A stretch of DNA of 62,797 nucleotides, counting the filler, from Rhabdomonas costata (Eukaryota), in NCBI GenBank assembly GCA_019059605.1. It is 40 parts of 40 records of this genome, joined end to end, with 100 filler letters (N's around TTAATTAATTAA, not from the genome) between each part and the next. Parts side by side here need not be neighbours in the genome. Positions count along the whole stretch, not along the records: positions 34,607 to 36,079 come from JAHMHO010015034.1; positions 36,180 to 37,652 come from JAHMHO010015035.1; positions 37,753 to 39,224 come from JAHMHO010015036.1; positions 39,325 to 40,797 come from JAHMHO010015037.1; positions 40,898 to 42,370 come from JAHMHO010015038.1; positions 42,471 to 43,943 come from JAHMHO010015039.1; positions 44,044 to 45,516 come from JAHMHO010015040.1; positions 45,617 to 47,089 come from JAHMHO010015041.1; 32 more parts are not named here. One strand, written 5' to 3'. The notes beneath the pieces were generated by a model, which was not told where the DNA came from, did no database searches, and worked only from the letters and a program-made list of their open reading frames with translations. Both the position numbers and the translations under genes were made by a program. Below are positions 36,012 through 48,811 of the stretch, piece by piece; position 1 is the stretch's first letter; each line of letters starts with the position of its first letter.

Positions 36012-36077
36012 GTTTCTTCCAACAGACACAAGGAAGCAAAAGGCTACTCGAGCTTCCTTGTGTCTGTTGGAAGAAAC
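36012..36077. repeat. Perfect 26-bp inverted repeat with a 14-nt loop
   Basis: GTTTCTTCCAACAGACACAAGGAAGC ... GCTTCCTTGTGTCTGTTGGAAGAAAC, at the contig end. Confidence 0.95.
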
Positions 36078-36411
36078 CANNNNNNNNNNNNNNNNNNNNN
36101 NNNNNNNNNNNNNNNNNNNNNNNTTAATTAATTAANNNNNNNNNNNNNNNNNNNNNNNNNNNNNNNNNNNNNNNNNNNNTTTTGGTGTGTGTGTGTGTGT
36201 GTGTGTGCTGTCATGTTTGCTACTCTGTTGCGAACGAAAAAGAATGCGCCACCAATAGAACAAGATGGGATGTCGTGCTCCAGAAGAACGAGGTCCTTGC
36301 CTGGACAAGTGCTCATCTTAGCTTTCTTGCTTTGGTGCTTTTGATGCTGGTGCCACTGAATCACACGCAAAGGCAGCAAACTGTGCGAGCTAAAGCGGGG
36401 GCTTTTCGCAG

Positions 36412-37652
36412 GAGCGGACGTCAATTTTCGCAACTGGATGGCGTACTTTGCCTTGCTCTCCTATCCCACTTTCGTTCGTGGCCCCTCTGGGGAGTACGTG
36501 CCGGCTCGCGGACCCCGCCTTCGTGCGCTTCGCCACGCTGCCTTTGTGCTGCGCAACGTGTCGGTGGTGTCGATGGTGTGTACCGTGGCGGGGCCTTACA
36601 AGTTCTGCCCCTTCCCGTGGAGCCTCGCCAACACGCTTTTGCATACTTGCGTGCTGTACCTCTGCCTAGACACCTTTTTGCATCGCCACGCCTTTCTCAC
36701 GGCCCTGCTGGGCTTCCAGACCACTCCCCACATGAGGAACCCTTTGGTGTTGAGCACGTCGCCACGAGACTTCTGGGGTCGGCGGTGGAACCTGGTAGTG
36801 CACGGCCTGCTCCGCCGGGTCGTGTTCCTTCCACTCCGGGGAACGCAGGCAAGTGTGCGGTCAGGTGCGATTGTACGTGCCCGTGTTCTGAGCGTTTTTC
36901 TGATTTGCTCTGAGATTTTTTTGAACCGAAACCTGCAACGAATCATTGGCCGTTTCTCTCCCAGTTTTATTCGAGTTGGGCCACAGTTCTCACCTGACTT
37001 TGTGGGTGACTGCCGTGTCGCATTTTGTTGTTTTTTGTTATTCTACCATGACTGGCACAAGCCCCTAAGGAAATCTTGAGAACGCTTTTCCTGTTTGGTG
37101 GTTTCACCTGCACCCTGAAAATTGGCTTCTTTTTTTTTCGCAGCGGCGAACCCTTCAATACGGTGACTCAACTTCTGTTGTCGCCAGTGCTGAGCAAAAG
37201 GGCGAGAGCAGCATTGCTGAGCACTCCCAGGAAATTACAGCAAGAAGGGTGGGTGCAAAGGTTGCGAAAGTAGCCCGTAGAAGGCGATACAACTAAACTG
37301 CTTTCGAGAGGGGAGTCGAAGCGGTCTCTGTCCACTTCACCGAAACTGCATGTATCCGCTCAACTCCCAAAACTGACTGGCATCGCGTTCAGCCTCATTT
37401 GTCCTTTCAGGTGTGCCCCTTCACAGGGAGCTGCTTGCCGCCGCCGCGACCTTCACTGTCTCTGGACTCATGCACGAGTTTCTGTGGCTGGGAATGCTGG
37501 CGCAGGGTGCCAATCTGGGCCCAACGATGGCGTTTTTCTGGGCACAGGGCGCGCTTTGCACTGCGCAGGCAGTGCTGGAGCAGTACCCCCGTGTGGTGCA
37601 GTGGGGGCAAAGGGTGCCCCGAGCGCTGCGGTTGGGGCACCCTTTGCCCCCA
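36412..37652 (+). CDS. MBOAT_2 / wax-synthase-type membrane O-acyltransferase (partial)
   Basis: Exons 36412-36852 and 37411 to contig end: [30 protein letters not shown] and [11 protein letters not shown] (catalytic His)..FFWAQG. Confidence 0.9.
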
Positions 37653-39324
37653 NNNNNNNNNNNNNNNNNNNNNNNNNNNNNNNNNNNNNNNNNNNNTTAA
37701 TTAATTAANNNNNNNNNNNNNNNNNNNNNNNNNNNNNNNNNNNNNNNNNNNNGGTGGTTTTGCTTTTCATGGTGTATCTGTGAGTTGGGTGCATGTGGAA
37801 AGGGCTCGTATGTCCTTGGACCCTGGAGTACCTCGGTGAACTTTGATATGAAAGGCAGGGTGCCTCAGTTCTGCAGTGAGGCGTGTTCCACTGCGGCAAA
37901 GGAACTCGTGTACACGGTGCAGTCTTTGTGCTGGGCCAGAGGACATTTACCCTTATGTTTTGTGTTTTGCTCTTCGGGAAACTTTCCTCCCGGCGGTGTC
38001 TCATGCGGAATCCCTGTGGTTTTTTGTGTTGCACCCCTCGACGGCTCCTGGGACCGGCTACTGGGGTCGGAACTCTCCACTACAGCAGCCCTTCCCCTGC
38101 CCACCACTGATATACCTCCCCCTTCAGTGGGTGGTAGATGAGTGAGTATTGCTGCCTTTGTTATATCCTGTGACCCTCGCAATGGTCTGCGAACGAAGCC
38201 GTTTTTCTGAACGTTGGTGGAGCAGCGGGAAGGGAAAGGCAGGGAGCCATATGGATAGTTCTGGGGGGGGGGCATGCATGTGGAATGTGACGGACAGTGG
38301 GTGGGCTTCTGCTCTAGGATATTAAGCCCCCACCCCACCCCCAAGGAGAGCGACAGGGTGTCAAGCGCAGACTCCATTGCTGATAACCCACTTCATTTTC
38401 AATTTGGACAAAAACCGGCTTCTCAGAAAGTTTCTAACAAGAAAAGGCCTTCAATCGACTCCATACATGCCGTTCCCGATGAACCACACAGGAATTTTGT
38501 GCGCCGACAGAGATTTAAAAGTCATGTTGGGGCTGGGATCTCACGATGTGTCACCTCAAAAGTGCATTTATGAATGATATGGCTCATGATATCCGACGCG
38601 AAATGTCAAAAACATGAAATGGGTACATCCCAAGAGTTCCCAAGTTAGCCACTTTTGTTGCCTCCTGTTGCCTTTTCCGTGGACTGATTTGTGTTTTGCA
38701 TCAGTTCTCGCATTTGGCATGACCACATGAGCCTGTAGCCGATATCCGGCATGTCATTAGGGAAATACAATATCATGTACCCATCTTCCAATGCGCCGCT
38801 CCCCCGCAACCAACTTCCCAACTTCGTTTCCAACTCAACTTCTCAACTTCTCAAGTGGCTTTTCAAGCAATACACTACCGGCTGCCTGTAATTTGAGGGA
38901 GCCCAACGAACATGTGCATCTCTTCTTTTGTTCTATCACCCTTTTTTTCGCAGCGTTGTCTTTCATTTAACTCATTTTTTCTTTGCTTCCTCTCCCCTGC
39001 TCACTGTCTCTGCTTCCCCCAAAACGAGTGGGCATGCCCACTGCCTCACGGCGGCCGGCGAAGGGGAAGGCCCCACGGGACGAGAACGCCATGACTGGGG
39101 TTCAGGATATTGAGTATTATCTCGCCAGCATTTGCACGCCTCACCGCCTCCCTCTCCTTCCCCCCCTTCCGTGGTGCTGTCATCAGATTTGCTGTTTCTC
39201 TTGCTGGCTTGGTGTTAGACTGTGNNNNNNNNNNNNNNNNNNNNNNNNNNNNNNNNNNNNNNNNNNNNTTAATTAATTAANNNNNNNNNNNNNNNNNNNN
39301 NNNNNNNNNNNNNNNNNNNNNNNN

Positions 39325-40574
39325 GGGGGGGGTGGCGCTTTCTGTGGCCTTAAGTCCAGTGGCTCCGCAGCAGGTGGGGTTGCAAGGGAACCGGGCCGAA
39401 CCTCCTGAGGAAGGATCGCGCTGGGACCGACTTCCGACTCGGCCTGTGGCGCTGGGAGGAGCGTCTGCTGCTCTGAAGCTGGTCGCGGGGACGCTGTCTC
39501 AGGTGGCAATGGGGCGGTAATTGGGGCAGAGGGACGTCGCAGGCAGAGCTCTGGAGGGAACTCCGTGTGCAGCTCAGAGATGGCGTCCGTGCCAAGAGAG
39601 GTGCAGCCATCGATTTCCGTGATGGGAGGTGAGGGCTTCATGGGAAGGCCGCCTTCCTTGGGAGGAGAAAGCGAGGCCATCATCACCCGCGAGGCATCGA
39701 AGGCACCTGTGTGGCGCCAAAACATTCAACAACAAGCGTGAAAAACACGCATTCGTTTTAACGCCATGATAAAAATAAATGTGAAAAACCAACACAGAAC
39801 CATTCACAGAACCACAAAACCGTTCAAGGAGCGTATCGGTACAGTGGCGGTATCGTCTGGCATCGTGCGGTTTTCGGTGTCCCAAGCGCAGAAGAAAAAT
39901 CGAAATGGGACAGTATTGACTTGTGAGTGCGTGCGCGAGTGAGTAAGTGAGTGAGTTAGTGAGTGAGTGAGTGAGTGAGTGTGTGTGTGTGTGTTGGGCA
40001 CAGCAAGCAATTTTATTGGAGTTATCCAATCTCGACGCGTGTACGATTGCTTGTGCGGGAGTACGTACCCCGCACAAACTCCATCAACTGAGGGGTGAAC
40101 TCGAAGTGCGCCGCGAGAACCTCCGCGGTGCGGTCGAAGAACCGCGGGAATTTCGCGAAGACTCGGGCCTGCACCGGCTTGGATTGGCTGTGTGTGCACA
40201 GACCAAACTTAGGCACATGTGTGAGGAAGATTGAGGATCGCGGGGAGGGGGGCGTCTTCTGGAGTGTGGCCGAGCCCAAACTGCACCCCGATCGCGATCA
40301 CAATTTTGATGCATTTCTATGGCATGCCTCCCACGAAATAATGGAATAATCACAAGCTGTACGACCGAAAGTGTATGAAGGGAGGAATAAGAAGGCAGGG
40401 CGGTGCAGGCAGGGGCTGGTGAAGAGGCATACATCTCCGCTGTGGCGAAATTTGTGACGACCAGCACCATGTTCTTCACGGCTTGTCGCAGGCCCTCGCG
40501 GAGCTCCGCCCTCGGGCCTTCCGCAGCAGAGGGGCTGCCCTCCGCCCCCTCGGACACCCTGAGGTACGTCGCAC
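39325..40574 (-). CDS. GBF1/Gea/GNOM-like ARF-GEF, C-terminal region (partial)
   Basis: Exons 40574-40433, 40187-40069 and 39706-39325 with matching phases. ELREGLRQAVKNMVLVV resembles GBF1 EAIPESLKNMLLVM; Pro-rich tail follows. Confidence 0.55.
39938..39993. repeat. Compound (GAGT)n(GT)n microsatellite in an intron
   Basis: Read directly from the sequence. Confidence 0.95.
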
Positions 40575-42558
40575 CTGCACAAGCACGGACACATTCAAAC
40601 AAACATGTCATATAAAGGACAATTAGAGGGATAAACGGGACGCAGAGACGAGTTTTTGATGAGAAAACGAGAGAAATATTTTGCGACGGTCGAGATTTCC
40701 ACTCAAATGCGTGCGCACTGGGAAATAAAAGCGCCAACGACAAAACATGCACAGGGACGGCATAACAACAGTGTCTGTTTTCAGTCTTCTCACCAAANNN
40801 NNNNNNNNNNNNNNNNNNNNNNNNNNNNNNNNNNNNNNNNNTTAATTAATTAANNNNNNNNNNNNNNNNNNNNNNNNNNNNNNNNNNNNNNNNNNNNTTG
40901 TGTTTGTATGTTGGCTGCGCGTGTGTTTTGTTGCTGTTACCGCACGGCGCCGGAGCCAGGGCTTCGGCGAACTGTGTGTGGACATGTCGGTGTGCCATTT
41001 GACTTTCCGGAGCAAGTATCCGGAGAGCCACCTTCCGAAATCATTTGGATGGTGGCATCTTCATTGCTCTATGCAAGCCTGCATTGACAAAGTTACAGCA
41101 AGCATTTTTCCGTGGGAACCAGGGCCAAGGGCACTCACTTTCCCGGCTGACTAGTCTGACTTCGATGCCGGGCGTGGCTCTCCATCCAGTATAACAAGCT
41201 GCGTATTAACGCTACTATTCTGGTGGGTGCGGGGCGTGTATTCTGGGCGTTCTGGGCGTATTGCGGGCCGACGGCGCGGTCTTTGGACCACGGCTTGACT
41301 CAAGGACTGGCGGGTGCTGCTCTCTGGCCGTGCTTTCTTCGTATCCTCCCCGGTTTGCCGGGCCTGAACTTTCGGGCGGTTTCCCCGCGACGCGCGCGCG
41401 ATGTGGACCATGACGGCTGACCGCACAAAAAAACCGGATTACAACTTAGCGCATCGTCCATTTATGTGTATGTCCACAAAATCGCGGGAATCGGGCTGTA
41501 CAGCGCCCTCTGGGTGGCAGTATGCCTTTCACAGTGCTTTTAATAGAAATCGAAAAAAAAAGCTAAGTACCAATAAAGTTTTAGAGGGATGTCCGTTTGA
41601 ACGATTTCAATCTCTAGCGTGTGGTCCGCTAAAAGGTCGATGCCAAGCAAAAGCCTGAAGTCCAATACGGCCGTTTCGCCCACAACCTCTTGCGATACTT
41701 CTTCTTATTCACTTCCGGTTAGTCGTATGCGGAAAGTACTTTTTAAGAACTTGGGTGCGTGCACACGGTGGGTTTACGTAAAGGCAAGGGGCGCCACAGC
41801 GCCATACCAGTGTGGATGGCACGTCTTTCCATTTGGTCTTCGCGTTATGAATGAGGCCTCATGAAGCAGATAGCTTATAAGTTGCGACGGGGATGCATGA
41901 GAAACCTCCATAGATCCTTAACCGATGCTTTCGATTTAACTTTTTGTGCACACATTGTTTGAAGCTTTGCAGCGCCGTATTCCGGAACTGCCAAGACCCA
42001 TCGCACTGAGACCAATCCAAATGACTCATCAACCCTAGTCCGGATAATACACGCAAACTAACATCACTCAGCACAAAATAAAATAAAATATACCGCGCAT
42101 ACACGCCGGATTCCGATGCACGCAATTTTCACCACCACCAACCGCTTACATGAGAATGGGACCCGTTGAAGATACTAACGCGCATTTAATGCGCATTTGC
42201 CCATTTGCAGGTCACGGCGCATACAATAAGCGGATGGTTTTTCTGTTAAAAGTCGAAAACAATCTACATAATAACATGACGTGATCTGATGTGACTCAGC
42301 AAAGCCCACGAACCGCATGTCAGTGCAGTTCGAACGTTGTTTCCCGTGTTAGCGACCTGCGTGGTCAAGGNNNNNNNNNNNNNNNNNNNNNNNNNNNNNN
42401 NNNNNNNNNNNNNNTTAATTAATTAANNNNNNNNNNNNNNNNNNNNNNNNNNNNNNNNNNNNNNNNNNNNGGGGGGTTGTGGGTAGAGACAATGAAACAG
42501 GGTTCTCGCTCACAAGGATAAGCGGGAGCAAATACCGTGATTCCTGAAACAACGTACA

Positions 42559-42872
42559 GCTGATTTGGTGAATGATGTCCAAACATCAAATAACCAAAAC
42601 TAGCGTGTCCGAGCAATCCGTAGAGCAATCCGTAACCATATCTGCGCATTTTGGAACAGACAGTGAGGAGATGGAAGGCTGACGGCACAGAGACAGGGAA
42701 AGACAAGGAAGACATAAAGCAGGGAGAGAGGTCCCCTCCCAAATCGGGCAGAGGTGAATCTTCCGGCAAAACCTGCACACCTCCGGCCCACCCCAGGGTC
42801 AGGGGCATCTTCAACAATGTCCAGCAACTTCACGGACTTCGGCTTGGGCGTTGTCCAGTTTGACGAGAAGGA
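42559..42872 (-). CDS. Exons of a hypothetical protein (more exons probably lie upstream to about 43918)
   Basis: cag|..SFSSNWTTPKPKSVKLLDIVEDAPDPGVGR|gtgtgc and cag|YGYGLLYGLLGHASFGYLMFGHHSPNQ, phases compatible. Confidence 0.45.
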
Positions 42873-44055
42873 CCTGAGCAGGGGGAAAAGAATAAAAACT
42901 CGTTACACGAAGCAGCACAAAAAAGCAGACAGAAGAACGCACACAGAGAAAAATCGCGAGGTGGGGGGAGGAATAACGACCGCGTGCATCCACGCGTTCT
43001 CATCTGATCAACACAGCGGACACATCTGAAAACGGTCCAGTTACAAGGCAATGTTTGTAGCCACCCGAACATGTCCAAAGTTCGACTTGTTTGATGTCAC
43101 AAACGCAAAAAGCAGCGTTCGCCACTCGGGTAGGGGACTGAATGGCGGGGGAGAGGACGAATTGACCAAGCCCCCGTCACCCCAATTCAAACTACAGGAG
43201 GATTTGACATAACGCGTGTCTGGCTTTGGCGCAGCAGCGCAGCAGTTGGTTTCGACCACGTGAAAAGCAGATATGGGACTTGGGACTTGCGAACGCTTCC
43301 TACGCTTCATTGACAAAAAACACCACAGGGACGAGAGTATCCACGTGGGCATATCAGCCCCCACGATGGCATTTCATCACCTAAAAGAAAAGGCGATGGG
43401 GTGTGACAAAATAAAGCGGCATACATTTTGCGAATCTAGCAGGAACCCCCGTAAAAACAATTGCAAATAGCAAAGATTACCAAACACAAAATAAAACCCT
43501 GTGAGGCAGGGAAAGGGAAAACTCCATCGATGGAAACTTATCGCCCGATGACTGCCACCCAGGATCATAAGTATTCTCTCTCGCTCTGACCCAACGAGAA
43601 TCGTGAAATGTGTTTGGGGTCCGAATGCTGCAGCAGGGCAGAGAAGTGGCAGGGCCAGGACATTGGTTGTTGAAGACAAGGGCAAAGTCAAGTTACATGA
43701 CGACGCAGTAGTTTTGGGAACTTCCAGAAAGCACAGTCTGGGTACTCCAAGGCTTCGCAAGGTGCATACTGAATCCCGCCTTCCGTGTGCGGGAGAGATA
43801 CTTGGCGCAAGAAGGAGGATTTAGCACCATTCCGCAATTCAAGACATCCCAAAGAAGAGCGTCGTCAACCATGCACCGCATACCTAATTCCCTGCAAAGG
43901 CTTGCATTGAAATCCTGGGAAGCGTGCATCACCCCACAACACANNNNNNNNNNNNNNNNNNNNNNNNNNNNNNNNNNNNNNNNNNNNTTAATTAATTAAN
44001 NNNNNNNNNNNNNNNNNNNNNNNNNNNNNNNNNNNNNNNNNNNTTTTGGTTTGGC

Positions 44056-45429
44056 AATCCAGGACAAAGACATTGGGCTCCTGAAAACCTTCCTCAGTTC
44101 GCACTTCTGGGTGACCGTGGAGGACGTCAAACTTTTGGGGATATCCGAAAGCCTAGTATTTCCCCATTCTGCTTGACCATTTTTCAATTAAATGCAGAGC
44201 AGACACAAAACATTTGTGCATGTGTACAAAGGAAGGGTGCGCGGAGTCAGTTGATTCCCGTGCAAGCTCACCTGCGTTTGGAGCGGAGAGGGTGCACCAT
44301 GAATTCGATTTGCCGAGGGGACAAGACTCCAGGGATCAGACACAAAGTGGGCCAGCCAGCAGGGCGGGCTCGGATTCTGCATCCTGCACGATCTTTCATT
44401 CTACATACAGCTGCGCTGGAAAGGCGAGCGTGTTGCGGATCTGGGTGCGTCTGTCGTGGAGGCCGCCCACCGGTGACAGGACAAACCGTCGTCATTCCTC
44501 AATTCCGAGCCCTGCTCCCCTCCCCCTCCCCGCCGTGAGGATATCAAAGGATTGCCGGTTTCCTTCGACTGCTTAATTACTCAAAGAAGAAAACCCCAGT
44601 TTGGATTGGCAACTAGTGACTGTTGCGCTGGCTTGCCTTGTGTCACTGGACATGCATCGCTCATATGCCTCTGTCCTCAGGTGGTCCTTTCGTTGTTCCT
44701 GAGGGAGCAGCTCTCACCCTTGGCGGCAGCTGCCTGGGGGTTCGACCTGAACGCCCCGCTTGTGGTGCGGCTTAGCATCAATCGCAAATTATACCCTGGC
44801 ACTGGGGCGATCGAGGTTGTATGGGCTCTCGTGGCCGGTGGGTGCGTTTGGCAGTCGCAGCGATTGTGGTCATTTAGAGGGGAGGCAGGAAAAAGCAATT
44901 ATGCAATTAGAAGTGAGCAGTTGGGTGAGCATGCAACAATGACGTGAAAACGCACGGGTGTGGAAAGCTGCTCCCTTGTCGTATTTTAATGGGCAATCTC
45001 AATCCAGTCATGCCAACGCGCTCCCCCAGGTGGACTGCTATCAGGTCGATGGCTCTCGGGTGGACTGCTCCCAGGAGACACGCCAGTGCCTACTGGCGTG
45101 GCAGCTGCAGCGCATCCTTCGTATGTACCTGCACCGAAGTGCGTCCCGCTTATTGGGTTTACGCATCGGTTCGTCTTTTTCTGTATGCTTTATGTCTTGT
45201 GCCACCTCCGCGGTTTTCTCGAAGGCTCTGTTCTTAGCAGGCGTTGTGAATAACAGTCGAGCGTTAGGGAGCGTTAGGGAGGGAGAGCAACAAAGCGTAC
45301 TTGCCAAAGTTGCGAGGTTGGTATGACTCCACGCGTATGCACTCCCTCACAGGCGAGTTCCTCGGACTGCCGGAGCTGTACGGTTCTTCATCATCGGAGA
45401 GCTCAACTGTTGGAGTTGAATTGGGGAGG
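44056..45429 (+). CDS. PARP6/PARP8-like N-terminal region (partial)
   Basis: Exons up to 44155, 44681-44815, 45030-45138 and 45353-45429. AAAAWGFDLNAPLVVRL..LLAWQLQRIL resembles the PARP6/8 A.AW....P...RL..LG.QL..I region. No catalytic domain in the contig. Confidence 0.5.
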
Positions 45430-45886
45430 GTGCGTCCCTTTCCTCAGCCCGTGCCCTTTCCCTGCACCAACCCCTTTCTCGATCTCCAGTCGCCTTTTGC
45501 TTGACAGGTGGAGCTTNNNNNNNNNNNNNNNNNNNNNNNNNNNNNNNNNNNNNNNNNNNNTTAATTAATTAANNNNNNNNNNNNNNNNNNNNNNNNNNNN
45601 NNNNNNNNNNNNNNNNGTTTTCTCTGAATTAGTTATAAAATCGGGGAACCAGCAGATGTATGGTATTAATTGTTCCTCCATAGACTCTAAAATTATCACG
45701 ACCATCCGATTGGGAGGGTGAAAGTGAAGTGTTGCCTGCAGTTTGCGGGCCCAGTTCTTTTTGTTCGAGAATTGAAGGGCATTTCTTCCATACATATATT
45801 TGGTCAATGAACTCCCTGAACTCCCTGAATTCCGGAATAAGTCGCACTGGCCTTTCGAAACCAGCTCCAAAAATGAACCCCCCGTT

Positions 45887-46019
45887 CAAGACGTTTGTAG
45901 ACATTAGTTCAGCTGCTGGAGCTGCTCTGCAACAGCAGCGCCTTGGTCGAGGCATCAGTTTTCTCTGGATCTTCGAATCGGCGTAGTGCTTCCACAATAC
46001 GGTGGGTGTACGAAATTCT
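45887..46019 (-). CDS. Probable terminal exon of a hypothetical protein
   Basis: aag|A ATT..: ISYTHRIVEALRRFEDPEKTDASTKALLLQSSSSS*. The stop lies at about 45909-45911; the rest is probable UTR. Confidence 0.35.
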
Positions 46020-47769
46020 TTGCTACCGGGAGTTTTTGAGAGGTTTATGGACTGGTAAATTCCGAAGTAAAATAGAGTAATACCAAAGAGTGTAAAATGT
46101 CGCGGGAAAAGGAAAAATATCTTTTCTCAAACAACATCTATTCCCGGACATTTGCTTTGAAAGTGGAACTGTTAAAGAGAAATATGCACGAAGCCGGGAA
46201 AATGCACGTTGGATGGGGAAAACCAAAAATGGGGGAGAGGGGAACCAAAATGGTAGGAAAGGGGGAAACCTCCTCCTTTCCACTCCTAAACTGGAAAGAA
46301 CTGGTATCAGTGCGGCTGAGGGATATTTATATTTTGGTATTTCCTGCGGCTGCTAGGGCCCTCCCGGGGCTCCTTTGCGGTGGAACGCACCACCGCATTT
46401 ACACAGGAAACCGGAAGGGGGGTTCCATGCATGAATGCTGGCATTGTCCCCTCCGGCGGAGCCGTGAGCTTGTGGAACTGGTGTCCCATATAAAATGAAT
46501 AAAAGGATGCAACTTTAAATAAACAGCTGGGTGCGGCGACCCACATTTGTTGCAGTGTGTCACAAGTGTTGTTGCGAAGTTATCTGGACAGCGAAATATG
46601 CCATTTTCAGAGCTTTAATATCAGGAGTCAAAACGAGGTCGAGCTAGAGGTGCAGATTGATACAGGTATCAGTGTGGGAAGCTGGCTGGTGTAGGCGTTT
46701 TCTCCATGTGCCGGCTGGGTCTCCGCAAAGCTCGCGGCGCGTTGCACAGTGGACCTGGGGAGGGTGGTGATGGCATCCGAGATCCGGGCCGGAGCGCAAG
46801 AGGGGTACGAGCTCAGCTAATTCCGTGATCTTCAAACGGCCCCATAAGCATAAGGGGGAGAGGTCTGGTGCAGCCCTTTCCCTGGGAAAAGTGTCTGCAG
46901 ACGGGTCAACGCTCAAGCGTTGTGTGTCATCCTGCTGAATTCAGACCCGGTTTCAGCGGGATTCCCAGCAGCTCGAACTCGGGGACGAGACATTGTTGAG
47001 CATCCTCTTGTTCCTTTTGCCGGACTCTGATCACAATTTGGACCCTTCCTCGGGACTGGATTTAGTAGGTCCATCGACCCAAAACCACCNNNNNNNNNNN
47101 NNNNNNNNNNNNNNNNNNNNNNNNNNNNNNNNNTTAATTAATTAANNNNNNNNNNNNNNNNNNNNNNNNNNNNNNNNNNNNNNNNNNNNTCCCAAGGTGT
47201 GTGTGCTCACAGTGCAGAAGAATCCGAAGGCAGAAGTGGAAGAGCCTTCTCTCAGCGGAGGTGGACGGCTGTCCACCCTCGACCACCCACCGCTTGCCCT
47301 GACCTGTTAGACGTATTCGTGTTAAGATTGGCGAAGTACACGCCCCCAGCCCCGTGGGTGGGGGCCCATATGCTGGGCCCGAAGAATGACGATGCACCTC
47401 AGTAAGGATGGACGCATACAGGGCCGGGCCGTGCCTCGGGAGTGGGAGCGCGTACTCACGCGGTCGTGCCGTGGACGGACGGAACAACGCTGGGCAGCCT
47501 GTGAGAGTTACCAGGTTATGTATAAGAAAGATGAGGGTCTTACCACAGGCCAACAGCGTGCCAGGTACCAGAGCACCTCAACAGCACGGTCGCACACTCC
47601 TGTCCTTGTGCACATGTGTGCTTGTCTGGCGATGAAATGTAAATTTTTCGGCCAATTTTTATTCCCCCAATGCACGCTTTTAGTGTGCTTTTACGTGTCC
47701 CGAAGACGGGAAAACAGGAATCCTTGTCTGCTAAAATCTAAGCTTGGTGAACTTTCGCACCCACCGCAG

Positions 47770-47860
47770 CGACTGTTTCCGTACAACGTCTTTGTGAGGG
47801 AAGTATCCCTCCGCCCTGAGATCAAAGCCCTGCCGCTACACCAGCGCTTCCAGAAGATCG
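47770..47860 (+). CDS. HMG-box-like exon
   Basis: cag|RLFPYNVFVREVSLRPEIKALPLHQRFQKI G|gtgtgc fits HMG-box helices 1-2 (Y..FV.E..F..IG). Confidence 0.45.
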
Positions 47861-48811
47861 GTGTGCCCCACCTTGTTTCGTTGCTGGCACTCCGACATTC
47901 GATTTTTATTAAGCGCAGGTACCTTCAGGCTCATACGCCCCAGGCTTACCAGCGTCCCAGGCGGCAAACTCACTTCAAGAAACTTAGCTCTTTACTCGAT
48001 AACTACCCGTCAAAATGTTTCGGAGGGGCATATATAAAATTGGGGGTGGGGGTCTCGCGAAACTGCGTCCTCCGAAGCCCCTCCCTAACAGCTTGTAAGC
48101 CTGGCTTTGGCTTCTACCCCATGTGTGTGTGGCAAAAGGTCCTTCGCAACAGCATTACTTAGTGTCAGCACGAGCACGGAGCACAAGACCAGCCCCACAC
48201 TTTTACTCAGACAGACGCAAGACCTGCAGCCCAAGTAGAGTACGCGAGTGGAGAGTCCGCAAAGAGAACCCTTAATGTGTCAGTGCAGTGTTCCGTTTGC
48301 ACCATGGGCCCGGTGCAGTGCAATGGCAGCAAATCTTCGCCCTTCCCTGCACTTCTGCTTTTGCTCGTCTGTTTACTTCTGTTATGGTTGCGACAACGAA
48401 CTATTGAGACGGATGTTTTGGTCCAAGTGCCAAAGTTGAGAATGTGGTTGCGATTTTGTCCACAACTCACTTCCGCCACGATAGGCTTAAGTTCCGAAAC
48501 TTTCCTAGGTCTGATTTGCATTCACCTTGGCTTCTTGGTTTCAACAGCTACTTGCGAGAGCATCTCAGGGTTGGCTTGCGTCTTCCAGTTGTAACCGCGT
48601 GAGATTATTCATCCGTTCTTACCGGGGGCTTCAGGAATGCAATATCCTTATTTTGCCCGCANNNNNNNNNNNNNNNNNNNNNNNNNNNNNNNNNNNNNNN
48701 NNNNNTTAATTAATTAANNNNNNNNNNNNNNNNNNNNNNNNNNNNNNNNNNNNNNNNNNNNTGTTGTTTGTTGACGCGCAATCTTTTCATGGTGTTTTGC
48801 GTTTCTTTCAG

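Noticed and set aside
36849..36854. GC donor CAG|GCAAGT in the MBOAT gene
   Set aside because: Wrong phase; A|GTGTGC four nt later gives the correct frame.
40188..40432. Apparent phase conflict in the GBF1-like gene
   Set aside because: Resolved by the upstream acceptor cacacag|C.
45264..45280. TTAGGG telomeric repeats
   Set aside because: Only two non-adjacent copies within a 10-bp intronic duplication.
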